Source of the DNA: a virus
Lineage: Duplodnaviria; Caudoviricetes
DNA length: 41,921 nucleotides
IMG/VR virus record: IMGVR_UViG_3300031965_001337
Coordinates: 1 to 41,921 of that record
Strand: one strand, 5' to 3'
Positions within the stretch are counted from its first letter, which is position 1; each line of letters opens with the position of its first letter. This document shows, one piece after another, positions 16,885 to 25,476 of the stretch. Under the pieces are notes generated by a model that was not told the origin of the DNA, did no database searches, and saw nothing but the letters and a program-made list of their open reading frames with translations. Position numbers and translations under genes: made by a program.

Positions 16885-18900
16885 ATGGGCGTGGTGGCCG
16901 AGATGGCGGAACGCCGCGCGCTCGTCCTCAACCCGAAGCACCCGCGCGATCCCGCCCTGGCCGAGTGGTTCGGCGAAGGGCGGGAGACGGCGGCCGGCGA
17001 GACGGTCACCCCGACCACGGCGATGCGGGCCTCGGCCTTCCTCGCCGGCGTCCGCTACATCGCGGAGACGTTCGCCTCGCTCCCCGCCCACCTATACCGG
17101 CGCGGCCGAGACCCGCGGGCGAAGGAGCGGGCGGTCGACCGGCCGCTCTACAATCGCCTGCACGACCAGCCCAACCGCTGGCAGTCGAGCTTCGAGTGGC
17201 GCGACATGCAGCAGCACCACGTCATGCTGCGTGGCAACGCCTACGCCGAGCTCGTGCCCAGCACGGAGCTGCCACCGTTCGAGATCGTCCCGCTGCACCC
17301 GGACCGCGTCACGCCGTTCTGGGCGCCCAGCGGCGAGCGCGCGTATCAGTACCGGCCCCCGTTGGGCACAGCGGACGGCCGGCCATCGCGCGTCATCCTG
17401 CAGGCGGAAATGCTGCACGTGGCCTTCATGCCCGACGACGGGCTGGTCGGCGTGTCCGTGCTCAAACACGCGAAGGAAACGATCGGCCGCGCGCTGGCCG
17501 CGTCCCGTTACGCATCCCGCCTGTATGCTGGCGACAACATGCCGCGCGGCGTGCTCACCCACCCCAAGTCGCTGAGCAAGCCGGTCCGGGAGGAGCTGCG
17601 GGAGGAGTGGGAGAAGCGCCACCGCGGCGCCACCAACGCGAAGCGGATCGCCATCCTGGCCGAGGGCATGAAGTTCGAGCCGACCGGGATGACGAATGAG
17701 GACGCGCAAACGATCGAGTTCCTCAACTTGGACGTCGCCGACATCGCCCGCATCCTGCGCATCCCGCCGCACAAACTGGGCGACCTGACGAAAGCGACGT
17801 TCTCCAACATCGAGCACCAAGCGATCGAGGCGGTCGTCGACACCATCCGCCCCTGGCTGGTCCGGTGGGAGCAGCGCATCAACCTCGACCTGCTCACGCC
17901 GGCCGAGCGCCGGCAATACTTCGCCGAGTTCCTCGTCGACGGCCTGCTGCGCGGCGACACAGCGTCGCGCTGGGACGCGTACGCGAAGGGCTGGGGGATC
18001 GGCGCCTTTTCGCAGAACGACATCCTGGAGTCGGAAAACCGCCCGCCCGTCGAGGGCGGCGATGAGCGGTTCGTGCCGCTGAACATGCGCCCGCTGTCCC
18101 AGGTCCTCGCCGAGGGCGGCAGCGGTCGGGGCGGCAACCCGCCCGCGCCTAGCCCGCGCGCGCTGCCCGGCCGGAAGGAGACGCGGAGCCTGGAGCACCT
18201 CCTGCGGCTGCGCGACGCCTACCGGCCGCTGTTCGCCGAAGCCGCGCGCCGGACACTCCGGCGTGAGGCGGACGCGATCGAGCGGCAGTTCCGCAAGATG
18301 GTCGGCGCACGCAGCACGCGCAGCCTGACCGAGTTCGACGGCTGGGTCGACCAGTACTACGAGGGCTTCAGCGACGTCGCCGGGCAGGGCGTGCTGCCCG
18401 TCGCCGCCTCATACGCGGACGCGGTCCGGACGCCGGCGGCCGAGATGGCCGGCGTCGAACCGGACGCGGTCGACCTCGGTGTGTTCGCGGCAGCCTACGC
18501 GGCAGCCTACGCGGTGCGCCACATCGCCCGGTCGAAGGAAGGCCTGCGCGCGGCGCTGACCGGCGACCCGGAGGCGGTCCTCAACAACGTGGACGGGCTG
18601 CTCGCCGGGTGGCGCACCGATCGCGCCGACAGGATCGCCGCCCACGAGACGGTCCAGGCGGGGAGCGCGTTCGCGCGCGAGTCGTGGCGCCAGGTGGGCG
18701 TCACGCGGCTGACGTGGGCGGCCGCCGGCGGCGCCTGCCCGCTCTGCCAGTCGCTCGACGGGCAGACGGTGGGCATTGAGCAGGAGTTCGTGAGCGCGGG
18801 CGACCTCGTCGCCGGCGACGGGGTTACGACGCTCGTGGCGAGCAAGACGTTGCACCCGCCTCTGCATCAGGGGTGTGTGTGCTCGGTAGTGCTGAACTAA
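16885..18900 (+). CDS. HK97-family portal protein fused to a MuF-like (minor head protein) domain
   Basis: LHDQPN, LRGNAY, PLHPDRV, DIARILRIPPHKLG..KATFSNIEHQ; C-terminal RIAAHET..A, ACPLCQSLDG, HPPLHQGCVC. Confidence 0.92.
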   Translation: MGVVAEMAERRALVLNPKHPRDPALAEWFGEGRETAAGETVTPTTAMRASAFLAGVRYIAETFASLPAHLYRRGRDPRAKERAVDRPLYNRLHDQPNRWQSSFEWRDMQQHHVMLRGNAYAELVPSTELPPFEIVPLHPDRVTPFWAPSGERAYQYRPPLGTADGRPSRVILQAEMLHVAFMPDDGLVGVSVLKHAKETIGRALAASRYASRLYAGDNMPRGVLTHPKSLSKPVREELREEWEKRHRGATNAKRIAILAEGMKFEPTGMTNEDAQTIEFLNLDVADIARILRIPPHKLGDLTKATFSNIEHQAIEAVVDTIRPWLVRWEQRINLDLLTPAERRQYFAEFLVDGLLRGDTASRWDAYAKGWGIGAFSQNDILESENRPPVEGGDERFVPLNMRPLSQVLAEGGSGRGGNPPAPSPRALPGRKETRSLEHLLRLRDAYRPLFAEAARRTLRREADAIERQFRKMVGARSTRSLTEFDGWVDQYYEGFSDVAGQGVLPVAASYADAVRTPAAEMAGVEPDAVDLGVFAAAYAAAYAVRHIARSKEGLRAALTGDPEAVLNNVDGLLAGWRTDRADRIAAHETVQAGSAFARESWRQVGVTRLTWAAAGGACPLCQSLDGQTVGIEQEFVSAGDLVAGDGVTTLVASKTLHPPLHQGCVCSVVLN

Positions 18901-18990
18901 TGAACATGTTTCCAGATACGATTGTTCAGGATGCGAGAGATGACCAAACGCAAACAGCCCCACGACCGATCTGCAAAGGAGGAACACTCG

Positions 18991-19605
18991 ATGACGACAC
19001 CAACCAGGGAAGAGACGATCGAGCGCCGCATGGTCGCGCTGACCGAGCTGCGCGTCGAGCCGGCCGGCGATGGTGAGGCGGGCATCGGGCGGCTGCTCGG
19101 CCACGCCGGCGTGTTCAACGTGCTGAGCGAGGACCTGGGCGGGTTCCGCGAGCTGGTCCAGCCGGGCGCGTTCATCGAGACGATCGGCGCGGACGACATC
19201 CGCGCGCTGTTCAACCACAACCCGAGCGCCATCCTGGGCCGGAATAAGGCGGGCACGCTCCGGCTCGCCGAGGACCGCGTCGGGCTGGCGATCGACATCC
19301 TGCTGCCCGACACGAGCGTCGCGCGCGACCTGCGCGAGTCGGTCAACCGGGGCGACGTCACGCAAATGTCGTTTGGCTTCCGCGCGCTCGATGACATCTG
19401 GGAGCACACGGCGGAGGATGAGCCCGACCTGCGCCGGCTGCGCAAGGTGCAGCTCTTCGACGTTTCGCCCGCCACCTTCCCGGCCTACCCGCAGACCGAT
19501 ATCGCCGTGAGGTCGCTCGAGGCGTGGCGGGCGGAGCGGGATGCCGCAGCGCGGACGGCGTCCACGCCGCGGCTGGATGCGGCGAAGCGGGCGCTGCTGC
19601 GGTAG
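18991..19605 (+). CDS. HK97-family prohead protease
   Basis: GHAGVFN..SEDLGGFRE, ALFNHN, MSFGF, LFDVSPATFPAYPQT; SD AGGAGG. Confidence 0.95.
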   Translation: MTTPTREETIERRMVALTELRVEPAGDGEAGIGRLLGHAGVFNVLSEDLGGFRELVQPGAFIETIGADDIRALFNHNPSAILGRNKAGTLRLAEDRVGLAIDILLPDTSVARDLRESVNRGDVTQMSFGFRALDDIWEHTAEDEPDLRRLRKVQLFDVSPATFPAYPQTDIAVRSLEAWRAERDAAARTASTPRLDAAKRALLR

Positions 19606-19614
19606 GGGGCAGCG

Positions 19615-19829
19615 GTGGAAAGCGAACCGTTCGTACGCGTCTTGTCGGTGATCTGCCCAGTCCATGGAGAAAGGCTCGGCTCATCTGATCACGTGCAGCG
19701 CCTAACTACATCAGTCCTGTGAGGCGAATCACCGGTGCTGACGGCGCTGGGCCGCAGAGTTGCCGAGACTGCCTGAACGACGGCCGGCCCGAGCCTCACG
19801 GGCTGCTGTTCGCCACAGTCCCCCTCTAG
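19615..19829 (+). pseudogene. frameshifted small zinc-finger ORF (CPVH ... CRDC)
   Basis: GTG 19615 frame gives VICPVHGERLG and stops at 19722; the -1 frame continues ...QSCRDC... to TAG 19829; same GGGGGCAGCG upstream as the zinc-finger ORF at 26574. Confidence 0.4.
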
Positions 19830-19863
19830 CTCAAATCGCGGCGTAAACCGGCATCCCTCCCCC

Positions 19864-19893
19864 TTGACAACCATTCGCTAACCTGCCTATACT
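19864..19893 (+). promoter_or_regulatory. sigma70-type promoter upstream of major capsid gene
   Basis: TTGACA-18 nt-TATACT. Confidence 0.75.
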
Positions 19894-19899
19894 GGCACT

Positions 19900-20053
19900 C
19901 AGAACAAAGGGCGCGCTCCTCGGGGCCGGGATGCTGGCAAGCCGCTGACGCGGCGCCCGACAGGCGCAGACAGCAAGCCCACCCGCTGACGCGAGGCGCT
20001 AGCTGTCGGCAACCGTGAAGAACGGTGCCGGTGGCTAGCGCCCTTTTTGTTTT
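19900..20053 (+). ncRNA. structured 5' leader (attenuator-like) of major capsid gene
   Basis: duplicated GCAAGCC..CGCTGACGCG..GGCGC unit; alternative pairings with the terminator stem. Confidence 0.55.
19995..20053 (+). terminator. intrinsic terminator in capsid leader
   Basis: GGCGCTAGC (19995-20003) / GCTAGCGCC (20034-20042) stem with inner stems, then CTTTTTGTTTT. Confidence 0.75.
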
Positions 20054-20087
20054 GCCCCGGCGCCACGTAGGAGGAGGGCAACACAAC

Positions 20088-21707
20088 GTGAAGCTCCAGA
20101 GGCTCCCAACAACCATCAGGCTGATTATGCTGGCCGCACTCGCGGCGCTCACCACCGCGATGCGGTCGGCGCTCGAGCCGGCGCAGCGCGTGGGCTGGTG
20201 GAACTTCCGGCGCGATGTGCGCCGGCGCGCCGGCCTCTACATCGCGGCCTGGCGCCTGCAGCTGTTCGCCGCACTCCGATTCGCCAACGCAGAGCTGGGG
20301 TCGGTGGCGCTCGGGTCGAAGATCCGCGAGCTGCGCGAAAAGCGGATGACGATGATCACGTCCGCGCGCGAGCTCACCGACAGGGCGCACGAAGAGAATC
20401 GCGACCTGACGACTGAGGAAGAGGCGAAGTTCAACGCCATCTACGGCATCGGCGGCGACGTCAACACGGAAGGCATCAACGCGGAGGAGCGGAGCCGCCG
20501 CCTCGGCGAGCTGGGCCGCCTCGATCTCGCGATCGAGCGCGAGGAGCGGCAGCTCGAGGCGGAGCGGGATGCTGCGACCAACGCGCTGCAGGGGAACGGC
20601 AACGGCGGCGGCGCTGGCGCATCCGACCCGGCCGGCGACCGCCGCGGCAGCGTGCTGCCGGAAGCGGTTCGCCAGTGGCAGGCGAAGCGATCGGGCGAGT
20701 TCCGGTCATTCCTCAGCGACGACGACCGGAACGGCAAGTACGTCTTCGAGCTGCGCCACCTGAACGACGAGGAGCAGGCGGAGATCCGCACCGCCGTCGC
20801 CGCGCTCAGCCCGGTAGAGCGGCGCGCGCTCCAGGCGGACCAGGACATCATGGGCGGCTACACGGTGCAGCCGGAGCAGTTCGTGCCCCGGCTATTGCAG
20901 GCGGTGGACGACGCGCTGTTCATCCGCGGCCTCGCGACCGTCATGCGCCTCGAGAACGCGGACAGTCTCGGCATCCCGTCGCTCGACACCGACCCCGATG
21001 ACGCCGACTGGACGGTCGAGCTCGGCACGGGCAACGAAGACTCTGCGATGCGCTTCGGCAAGCGCGAGCTGAAGCCCCACCCGCTGGCCAAGCGGATCAA
21101 GGTGTCGAAGACGCTGCTGCGCCGGTCCGTGCTGCCGATCGAGAACATCGTGCTGGAGCGCCTCGCGTACAAGACGGGCGTCACGGAGGAGAAGGCGTTC
21201 CTCACCGGCAGCGGCGCGCTTCAGCCGCTCGGCGTCTTCACCGCGAGCGCCGACGGCGTCCCGACCTCGCGCGACGTCAGCACCGGCAACACCACGACCA
21301 GCATCGCGGCCGACGGGCTAATCGAAGCCAAGTACTTCCTGAAGGCGCAGTACTGGCCACGGGCGGTCTGGATGTTCCACCGCGATGCGGTGAAGCAGAT
21401 CGCCAAGCTGAAGGACGGCGACGGGCAGTACATCTGGCAGCCCGGCCTCCAGGCCGGCCAGCCGGACCGTCTCCTCTCCTTCCCGATGCGGGTGAGCGAG
21501 TTCGCGCCCAACACGTTCACGACCGGCCTCTACGTCGGCATCCTGGGCGACTTCGCTCAGTACTGGATCGCCGACGCGCTCTCGATGGAGCTGCAGCGGC
21601 TGGTCGAGCTGTACGCGGAGACGAACCAGACCGGTTTCATCCTGCGCAAGGAGACGGATGGCATGCCCGTCCTGTCCGAGGCGTTCGTTCGGGTGAAGCT
21701 GGCCTAG
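20088..21707 (+). CDS. HK97-fold major capsid protein with long N-terminal extension
   Basis: delta-domain coiled coil, GGYTVQPEQF, EEKAFLTGSG..QPLG, LKDGDGQYIWQPG, GDFAQY; SD GGAGGAGG before GTG 20088. Confidence 0.96.
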   Translation: MKLQRLPTTIRLIMLAALAALTTAMRSALEPAQRVGWWNFRRDVRRRAGLYIAAWRLQLFAALRFANAELGSVALGSKIRELREKRMTMITSARELTDRAHEENRDLTTEEEAKFNAIYGIGGDVNTEGINAEERSRRLGELGRLDLAIEREERQLEAERDAATNALQGNGNGGGAGASDPAGDRRGSVLPEAVRQWQAKRSGEFRSFLSDDDRNGKYVFELRHLNDEEQAEIRTAVAALSPVERRALQADQDIMGGYTVQPEQFVPRLLQAVDDALFIRGLATVMRLENADSLGIPSLDTDPDDADWTVELGTGNEDSAMRFGKRELKPHPLAKRIKVSKTLLRRSVLPIENIVLERLAYKTGVTEEKAFLTGSGALQPLGVFTASADGVPTSRDVSTGNTTTSIAADGLIEAKYFLKAQYWPRAVWMFHRDAVKQIAKLKDGDGQYIWQPGLQAGQPDRLLSFPMRVSEFAPNTFTTGLYVGILGDFAQYWIADALSMELQRLVELYAETNQTGFILRKETDGMPVLSEAFVRVKLA

Positions 21708-21774
21708 TAAGGCCCCGGCGAAGGGGGACACCAGGAAGCGGTTAGCAGGAACAGCTGGGAAGGGAGCAACACCA

Positions 21775-22230
21775 GTGCAGCACCTCACGAACAAGGTCAA
21801 GACGATCCGCGTGCACGCGCCGGTCGCGGCGGGCGCCACCGACATCACCGACTCGGCCGTCATCGACATGCAGGGGTACGAAGGCGTCCGCTTCATCGTG
21901 GGCTTCGGCGCCATCACCGCCGGCGCGGCCACGTCGGTGAAGGCCCAGCAGGCCACCGCGAAGACGAGCGACACCGCGCTCACCAGCGGTGCCGACCTGC
22001 TGGGGTCGAGCATCGCCGTCGCCGACAGCGACGACAGCAAGCTGGTCATCTCCGACATCCTGCGGCCGCGCGAGCGGTACGTGCAGGTGCACGTGCTGCG
22101 CGCGACCCAGAACGCGGTGGTCGACCTGATCATCGCCGAGCTGTACGGCGCGCGTAAGCTCCCGGTCGCGAAGGACACGACCGTCGCGAGCCAGGAGACG
22201 CACGCGTCGCCAGCGGAGGGCACGGCCTAA
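21775..22230 (+). CDS. capsid-associated (decoration/cement-like) protein
   Basis: VIDMQGYEGVRFIVGFG...RYVQV beta-rich protein right after capsid gene. Confidence 0.65.
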   Translation: MQHLTNKVKTIRVHAPVAAGATDITDSAVIDMQGYEGVRFIVGFGAITAGAATSVKAQQATAKTSDTALTSGADLLGSSIAVADSDDSKLVISDILRPRERYVQVHVLRATQNAVVDLIIAELYGARKLPVAKDTTVASQETHASPAEGTA

Positions 22231-22243
22231 GAGCTGACGACTT

Positions 22244-22342
22244 GAGGTAACTCCGAGTCCTTCCACGGGAGGACTAGACCGGGCGGGCTGGGTAGCAATG
22301 GGGTAGCAGGCAACCCACCCTCCGACGCCCACCCGCCCGGTC
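22244..22342 (+). other. intergenic multi-hairpin element
   Basis: GAG-GTAA-CTC; AGTCCTTCC/GGGAGGACT; GACCGGGCGGG (22277-22287) / CCCGCCCGGTC (22332-22342). Confidence 0.45.
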
Positions 22343-22361
22343 GCAGCAAAGGAGAGGAACG

Positions 22362-22814
22362 ATGCCACCAGACGGAACGTACCAGCCCAAGGTGTACCGC
22401 AAGCAGGGCGGCGACGAGCAGGTCATCGCCAGCGGCGGCAAGATCACGCAGGAGGCGGGCGGCAGCTTTGTCCAGCCCGTCGCGCTGAAAACGCTCGACT
22501 ACACCGTGCTCGCCAGCGAAAGCGGCACGACCTTCAAGATCGCCACCGACGCCAAAGTCTTCACGCTGCCGCCAACGGAGGCTGGCCTGCGCTACACGTT
22601 CATCAACAGCGGCGCGGACGGCGCGGTCCTACTCGCCATCTCGCCCGCAGCGGCGGACGCGATCCACGGCCGCGCGCTCACGTCGGTGGACGACAAGGAC
22701 CTGCTGAACACCAAGGTCACGGCGAAGGAGGGCGACTCCGTCACGCTCGTCGGCGACGGCGTCGACGGCTGGTTCATCGTCGCCGTCGAGGGCATCTGGG
22801 CGAAGGAAGCGTAA
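22362..22814 (+). CDS. virion structural protein (head fibre/decoration-like)
   Basis: YQPKVYRKQGGDE, FTLPPTEAGLRYTF, GDSVTLVGDGVDGW; SD GGAGAGG. Confidence 0.6.
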   Translation: MPPDGTYQPKVYRKQGGDEQVIASGGKITQEAGGSFVQPVALKTLDYTVLASESGTTFKIATDAKVFTLPPTEAGLRYTFINSGADGAVLLAISPAAADAIHGRALTSVDDKDLLNTKVTAKEGDSVTLVGDGVDGWFIVAVEGIWAKEA

Positions 22815-22823
22815 AAGGCCGAG

Positions 22824-23246
22824 ATGCGCACGACGCCGTTCCCGAACATCGTCCAGCAGGCGGATGCCGCGCTCAACGACTCGGACAAGACGCTGGTCGT
22901 CCCCGCCGGCAAGCAGTGGGGCCTGCGCAGCGTCTACGCCAAGCTGATCAGCACCGCCACCGTCGGCAACCGCCAGCTCGACGTGCTGATCACGGACGGC
23001 AGCGACAACATCGTCGCGAAGTTCGTCGCCGGCGCGGTGCAGGCGGCCAGCCTGACGAGGGAGTACATCTTCGCGCCGCAGCACCCGCAGGAGGCGGCGT
23101 TCACCGGCGGCGTCATGCTGCGCGCGTTGGCCGGTGAGATCGTGCTGCCGACCGGCTATAAAGTACGCGTGTTCGACAGCGCGGCGATCGATGCCGCAGC
23201 GGACGATCTGACGGTGAGGCTGCTCGTCGAGGAGATGACGGACTAG
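22824..23246 (+). CDS. hypothetical virion protein
   Basis: VVPAGKQW beta-sandwich-like; strong GC3 bias; head module. Confidence 0.6.
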   Translation: MRTTPFPNIVQQADAALNDSDKTLVVPAGKQWGLRSVYAKLISTATVGNRQLDVLITDGSDNIVAKFVAGAVQAASLTREYIFAPQHPQEAAFTGGVMLRALAGEIVLPTGYKVRVFDSAAIDAAADDLTVRLLVEEMTD

Positions 23247-23264
23247 CCGAAGGAGGCAGAGCGG

Positions 23265-23573
23265 ATGGCGATGCGAGTGCGCATGAGGACCACCTACGCC
23301 GGGCCAGCCGGCACGGCCCGCGCCGGCCAGACCATCGAGCTGGAGGACGAGCAGGCGGCAGCGCTGCTCTCGGCCGGCTACGCCGAGGAGGTGGTGGAGC
23401 CGGCGGCCGAGGCCTCCGGTGCGGCTGACGCGACGCCCGCCGACGAGACGGCGACGATCGACCAGCCGGAGACGACGTCGACGCGAACCCGCCGGCCGAC
23501 GCCGAAGGGCGGAGGCCGGCGTAGCGCGCCGCCTGCCTCCGCCAGCGGGACCAGCGACCCCGAGGAGGAGTAA
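23265..23573 (+). CDS. small head-module protein with disordered tail
   Basis: MRVRMRT..AGP...GQTIEL...A..L...GYAE motif; SD AGGAGG. Confidence 0.65.
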   Translation: MAMRVRMRTTYAGPAGTARAGQTIELEDEQAAALLSAGYAEEVVEPAAEASGAADATPADETATIDQPETTSTRTRRPTPKGGGRRSAPPASASGTSDPEEE

Positions 23574-23579
23574 CGCGCC

Positions 23580-24212
23580 ATCGCGATCGGAGACAGCTAC
23601 GCAACGGCGGCCCAGTACCGCGCGCGCACCACGAAGACCGGCGCCACGGATGACGCGACGGTCATCGAGCCGGTGCTCGCCGCCGTGTCGCGCCTGATGG
23701 ACCGCGAGTGCGGGCGCCACTTCACGAAGGACGCGGCGGTCGTCGCCCGCCTCTACGACGGCAACGGCTGCGCGGTGCTGCGCGTCGACGACATCGCGGC
23801 GACGGCCGGGCTAATCGTCAAGGTCGACCTGAACGGCGACTACGACTTCGCCGACGCGGACGAGACGTTGACGATCAACACGCACTACTGGCTCGCGCCG
23901 GCCAACGCGGACAAGGAAGCGGAGGCGGAACCGTGGACACGGCTGGAGATCGTCCCGGACAACGCGGTGATCAGCATCTGGCCGGCGCAGCAGCGGGCGG
24001 TGCAGGTGACGGCCGCGTTCGGCTGGCCGACCGTACCGGGCGGGATCCGCGAGGCGACCATCATGGTGGCCCGCGAGATCCGCGACCTCGAGCAGGCCGG
24101 CATGACACTCGACCTGCAGAATATGGACCAGGTGCAGCAGCTCGCGCCCCAGGCGTTCAGCATGATCCAGCGCATCAAAGCGCAGTACGGGAAGCTGGCG
24201 GTGATCTCGTGA
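23580..24212 (+). CDS. head-tail connector (adaptor) protein, probable ATC start
   Basis: (I)AIGDSYATAAQY...LAAVSRLMDRECGRHF...YDGNG...VTAAFGWPTVP..IREAT; in-frame stop at 23571 and SD GAGGAG 9 nt before ATC. Confidence 0.8.
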   Translation: MAIGDSYATAAQYRARTTKTGATDDATVIEPVLAAVSRLMDRECGRHFTKDAAVVARLYDGNGCAVLRVDDIAATAGLIVKVDLNGDYDFADADETLTINTHYWLAPANADKEAEAEPWTRLEIVPDNAVISIWPAQQRAVQVTAAFGWPTVPGGIREATIMVAREIRDLEQAGMTLDLQNMDQVQQLAPQAFSMIQRIKAQYGKLAVIS

Positions 24213-24727
24213 CGCGCATGTCGGTCGAGGTCGAAGGGATGGAGAGGCTGCTTCGCAACCTGGACGGCGCGGTAGAGCCGGTGTACGGCATGTTCCGCGA
24301 CGTCGTCGACTTCGCCGAGCGCGAGACGGAGGCGGGAGCGAAGCCCCACCCGGTCGACATCGGCAAATTGAGCCGCGGCAACAACATCCGCAGCGAGCTG
24401 GCGCCCCCCGGTACGCCGCTCGCGCAGCTGCGCGGCCGCGTCTACACGAACAGCCCGATCGTGGTGGCGGTGGACCAGGGGCGCCCGCCGGGCAAGATGC
24501 CGCCAATCCGCCTGATTGAGACGTGGGCGGCCCGCCACGGGATCGCGTTCCACCCCGGCCGGGGCCGCAGCCAGCCCAGCGGGTTTCGGATGGCGCGCGC
24601 GATGGGCCGCCGCGGCACGCGCGGCGTGGAGTTCTTCAAGCGCGCGGCGGAGGCGACCGAAGAGGTGATCGAGCGGAAGACGCCTGATGTAGCGCGCGAG
24701 ATCGAGCGCCGCTGGGGGCGGCGCTAA
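24209..24727 (+). CDS. HK97 gp10-like tail completion protein
   Basis: VEVEGMERL, PVDIGKL, GRPPGKMPP...WAARHG, RRGTRG..FF. Confidence 0.75.
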   Translation: MTRMSVEVEGMERLLRNLDGAVEPVYGMFRDVVDFAERETEAGAKPHPVDIGKLSRGNNIRSELAPPGTPLAQLRGRVYTNSPIVVAVDQGRPPGKMPPIRLIETWAARHGIAFHPGRGRSQPSGFRMARAMGRRGTRGVEFFKRAAEATEEVIERKTPDVAREIERRWGRR

Positions 24728-24730
24728 AGC

Positions 24731-25165
24731 ATGGCCTGGAAGCCTGACATCAGAGACGCGCTCGCGGCACGATTGCTGGGTGTCGCCATCACGCTGCCGT
24801 CCACACAGTCGATCGCGAAGGTCTACGCGACACCCCCCGCGACTATCCAAGACGTGCCCTGCTTCATCATCTATCCGCCGCGCCGGGAGGTGAATCGCTC
24901 CGCCGGCACGCGGCAGGTGCTCTACACGGTGCGCTGCCGCTGCCTGGTGCTGGACGCGGACCTCGATGTCGCGGCTGACCTCGCTGACAGCTTCTCAGAG
25001 GCCACGATTGTACGGATGGAAGGCGACTTCAAGTTGGCTGAGGCTCCCGTTGTTGGGCAGACCTGCGAGGAGCCGGCAGCCTTTCGCTATGGCAATACGC
25101 AGTATGCCGGCTTCGATCTGTTGCTGAGGTTGAACGTCTGGGCGGCGATGGCACCCACGCCGTGA
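24731..25165 (+). CDS. putative tail terminator protein
   Basis: size and position before tail tube; IRDALAARL...P..IIYP. Confidence 0.6.
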   Translation: MAWKPDIRDALAARLLGVAITLPSTQSIAKVYATPPATIQDVPCFIIYPPRREVNRSAGTRQVLYTVRCRCLVLDADLDVAADLADSFSEATIVRMEGDFKLAEAPVVGQTCEEPAAFRYGNTQYAGFDLLLRLNVWAAMAPTP

Positions 25166-25188
25166 TGGGCTGAGGGAGGAATGAGACC

Positions 25189-25476
25189 ATGTGGAAGTTC
25201 ATAGCAGCCGGTGACGGCGACAACGCGGCGGCGTTCGCGCTCGGCGCCCACGCCCGCGACCTGACCGACGAGGAGTACAGCGCGGCGGACGCGGCCGGCC
25301 TGCTCGGCGACGAGGCGCGCGCTCTCTTCGAGCACGTGCAGGACAGCGGTGGACCCCACGACGGCGACGCCGGCAGCGGCAGCACGCCCGCCGGCAGCGT
25401 CCTCGCCGCCGGCTCCGAGGCCGCACCCCCGCCGGCAACACCACGCCCGCGCCCGGGCAGGAAGGAAGGTGACTGA
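25189..25476 (+). CDS. small hypothetical protein
   Basis: SD GGAGG; ARDLTDEEY motif; TGATG coupling to tail tube gene. Confidence 0.6.
   Translation: MWKFIAAGDGDNAAAFALGAHARDLTDEEYSAADAAGLLGDEARALFEHVQDSGGPHDGDAGSGSTPAGSVLAAGSEAAPPPATPRPRPGRKEGD

Noticed and set aside
18901-18930. LexA (GAAC-N4-GTTC) box upstream of the protease gene
   Set aside because: GAACATGTTTCC and the wider GAACA...TGTTC repeat do not fit the spacing
20025-20087. Capsid start at 20025 as in the ORF track
   Set aside because: It lies within the terminator hairpin; the strong SD precedes GTG 20088
22234-22275. Hammerhead ribozyme suggested by CTGACGA followed by a stem
   Set aside because: No GAAA after the putative stem II and no matching stem I/III with an NUH site
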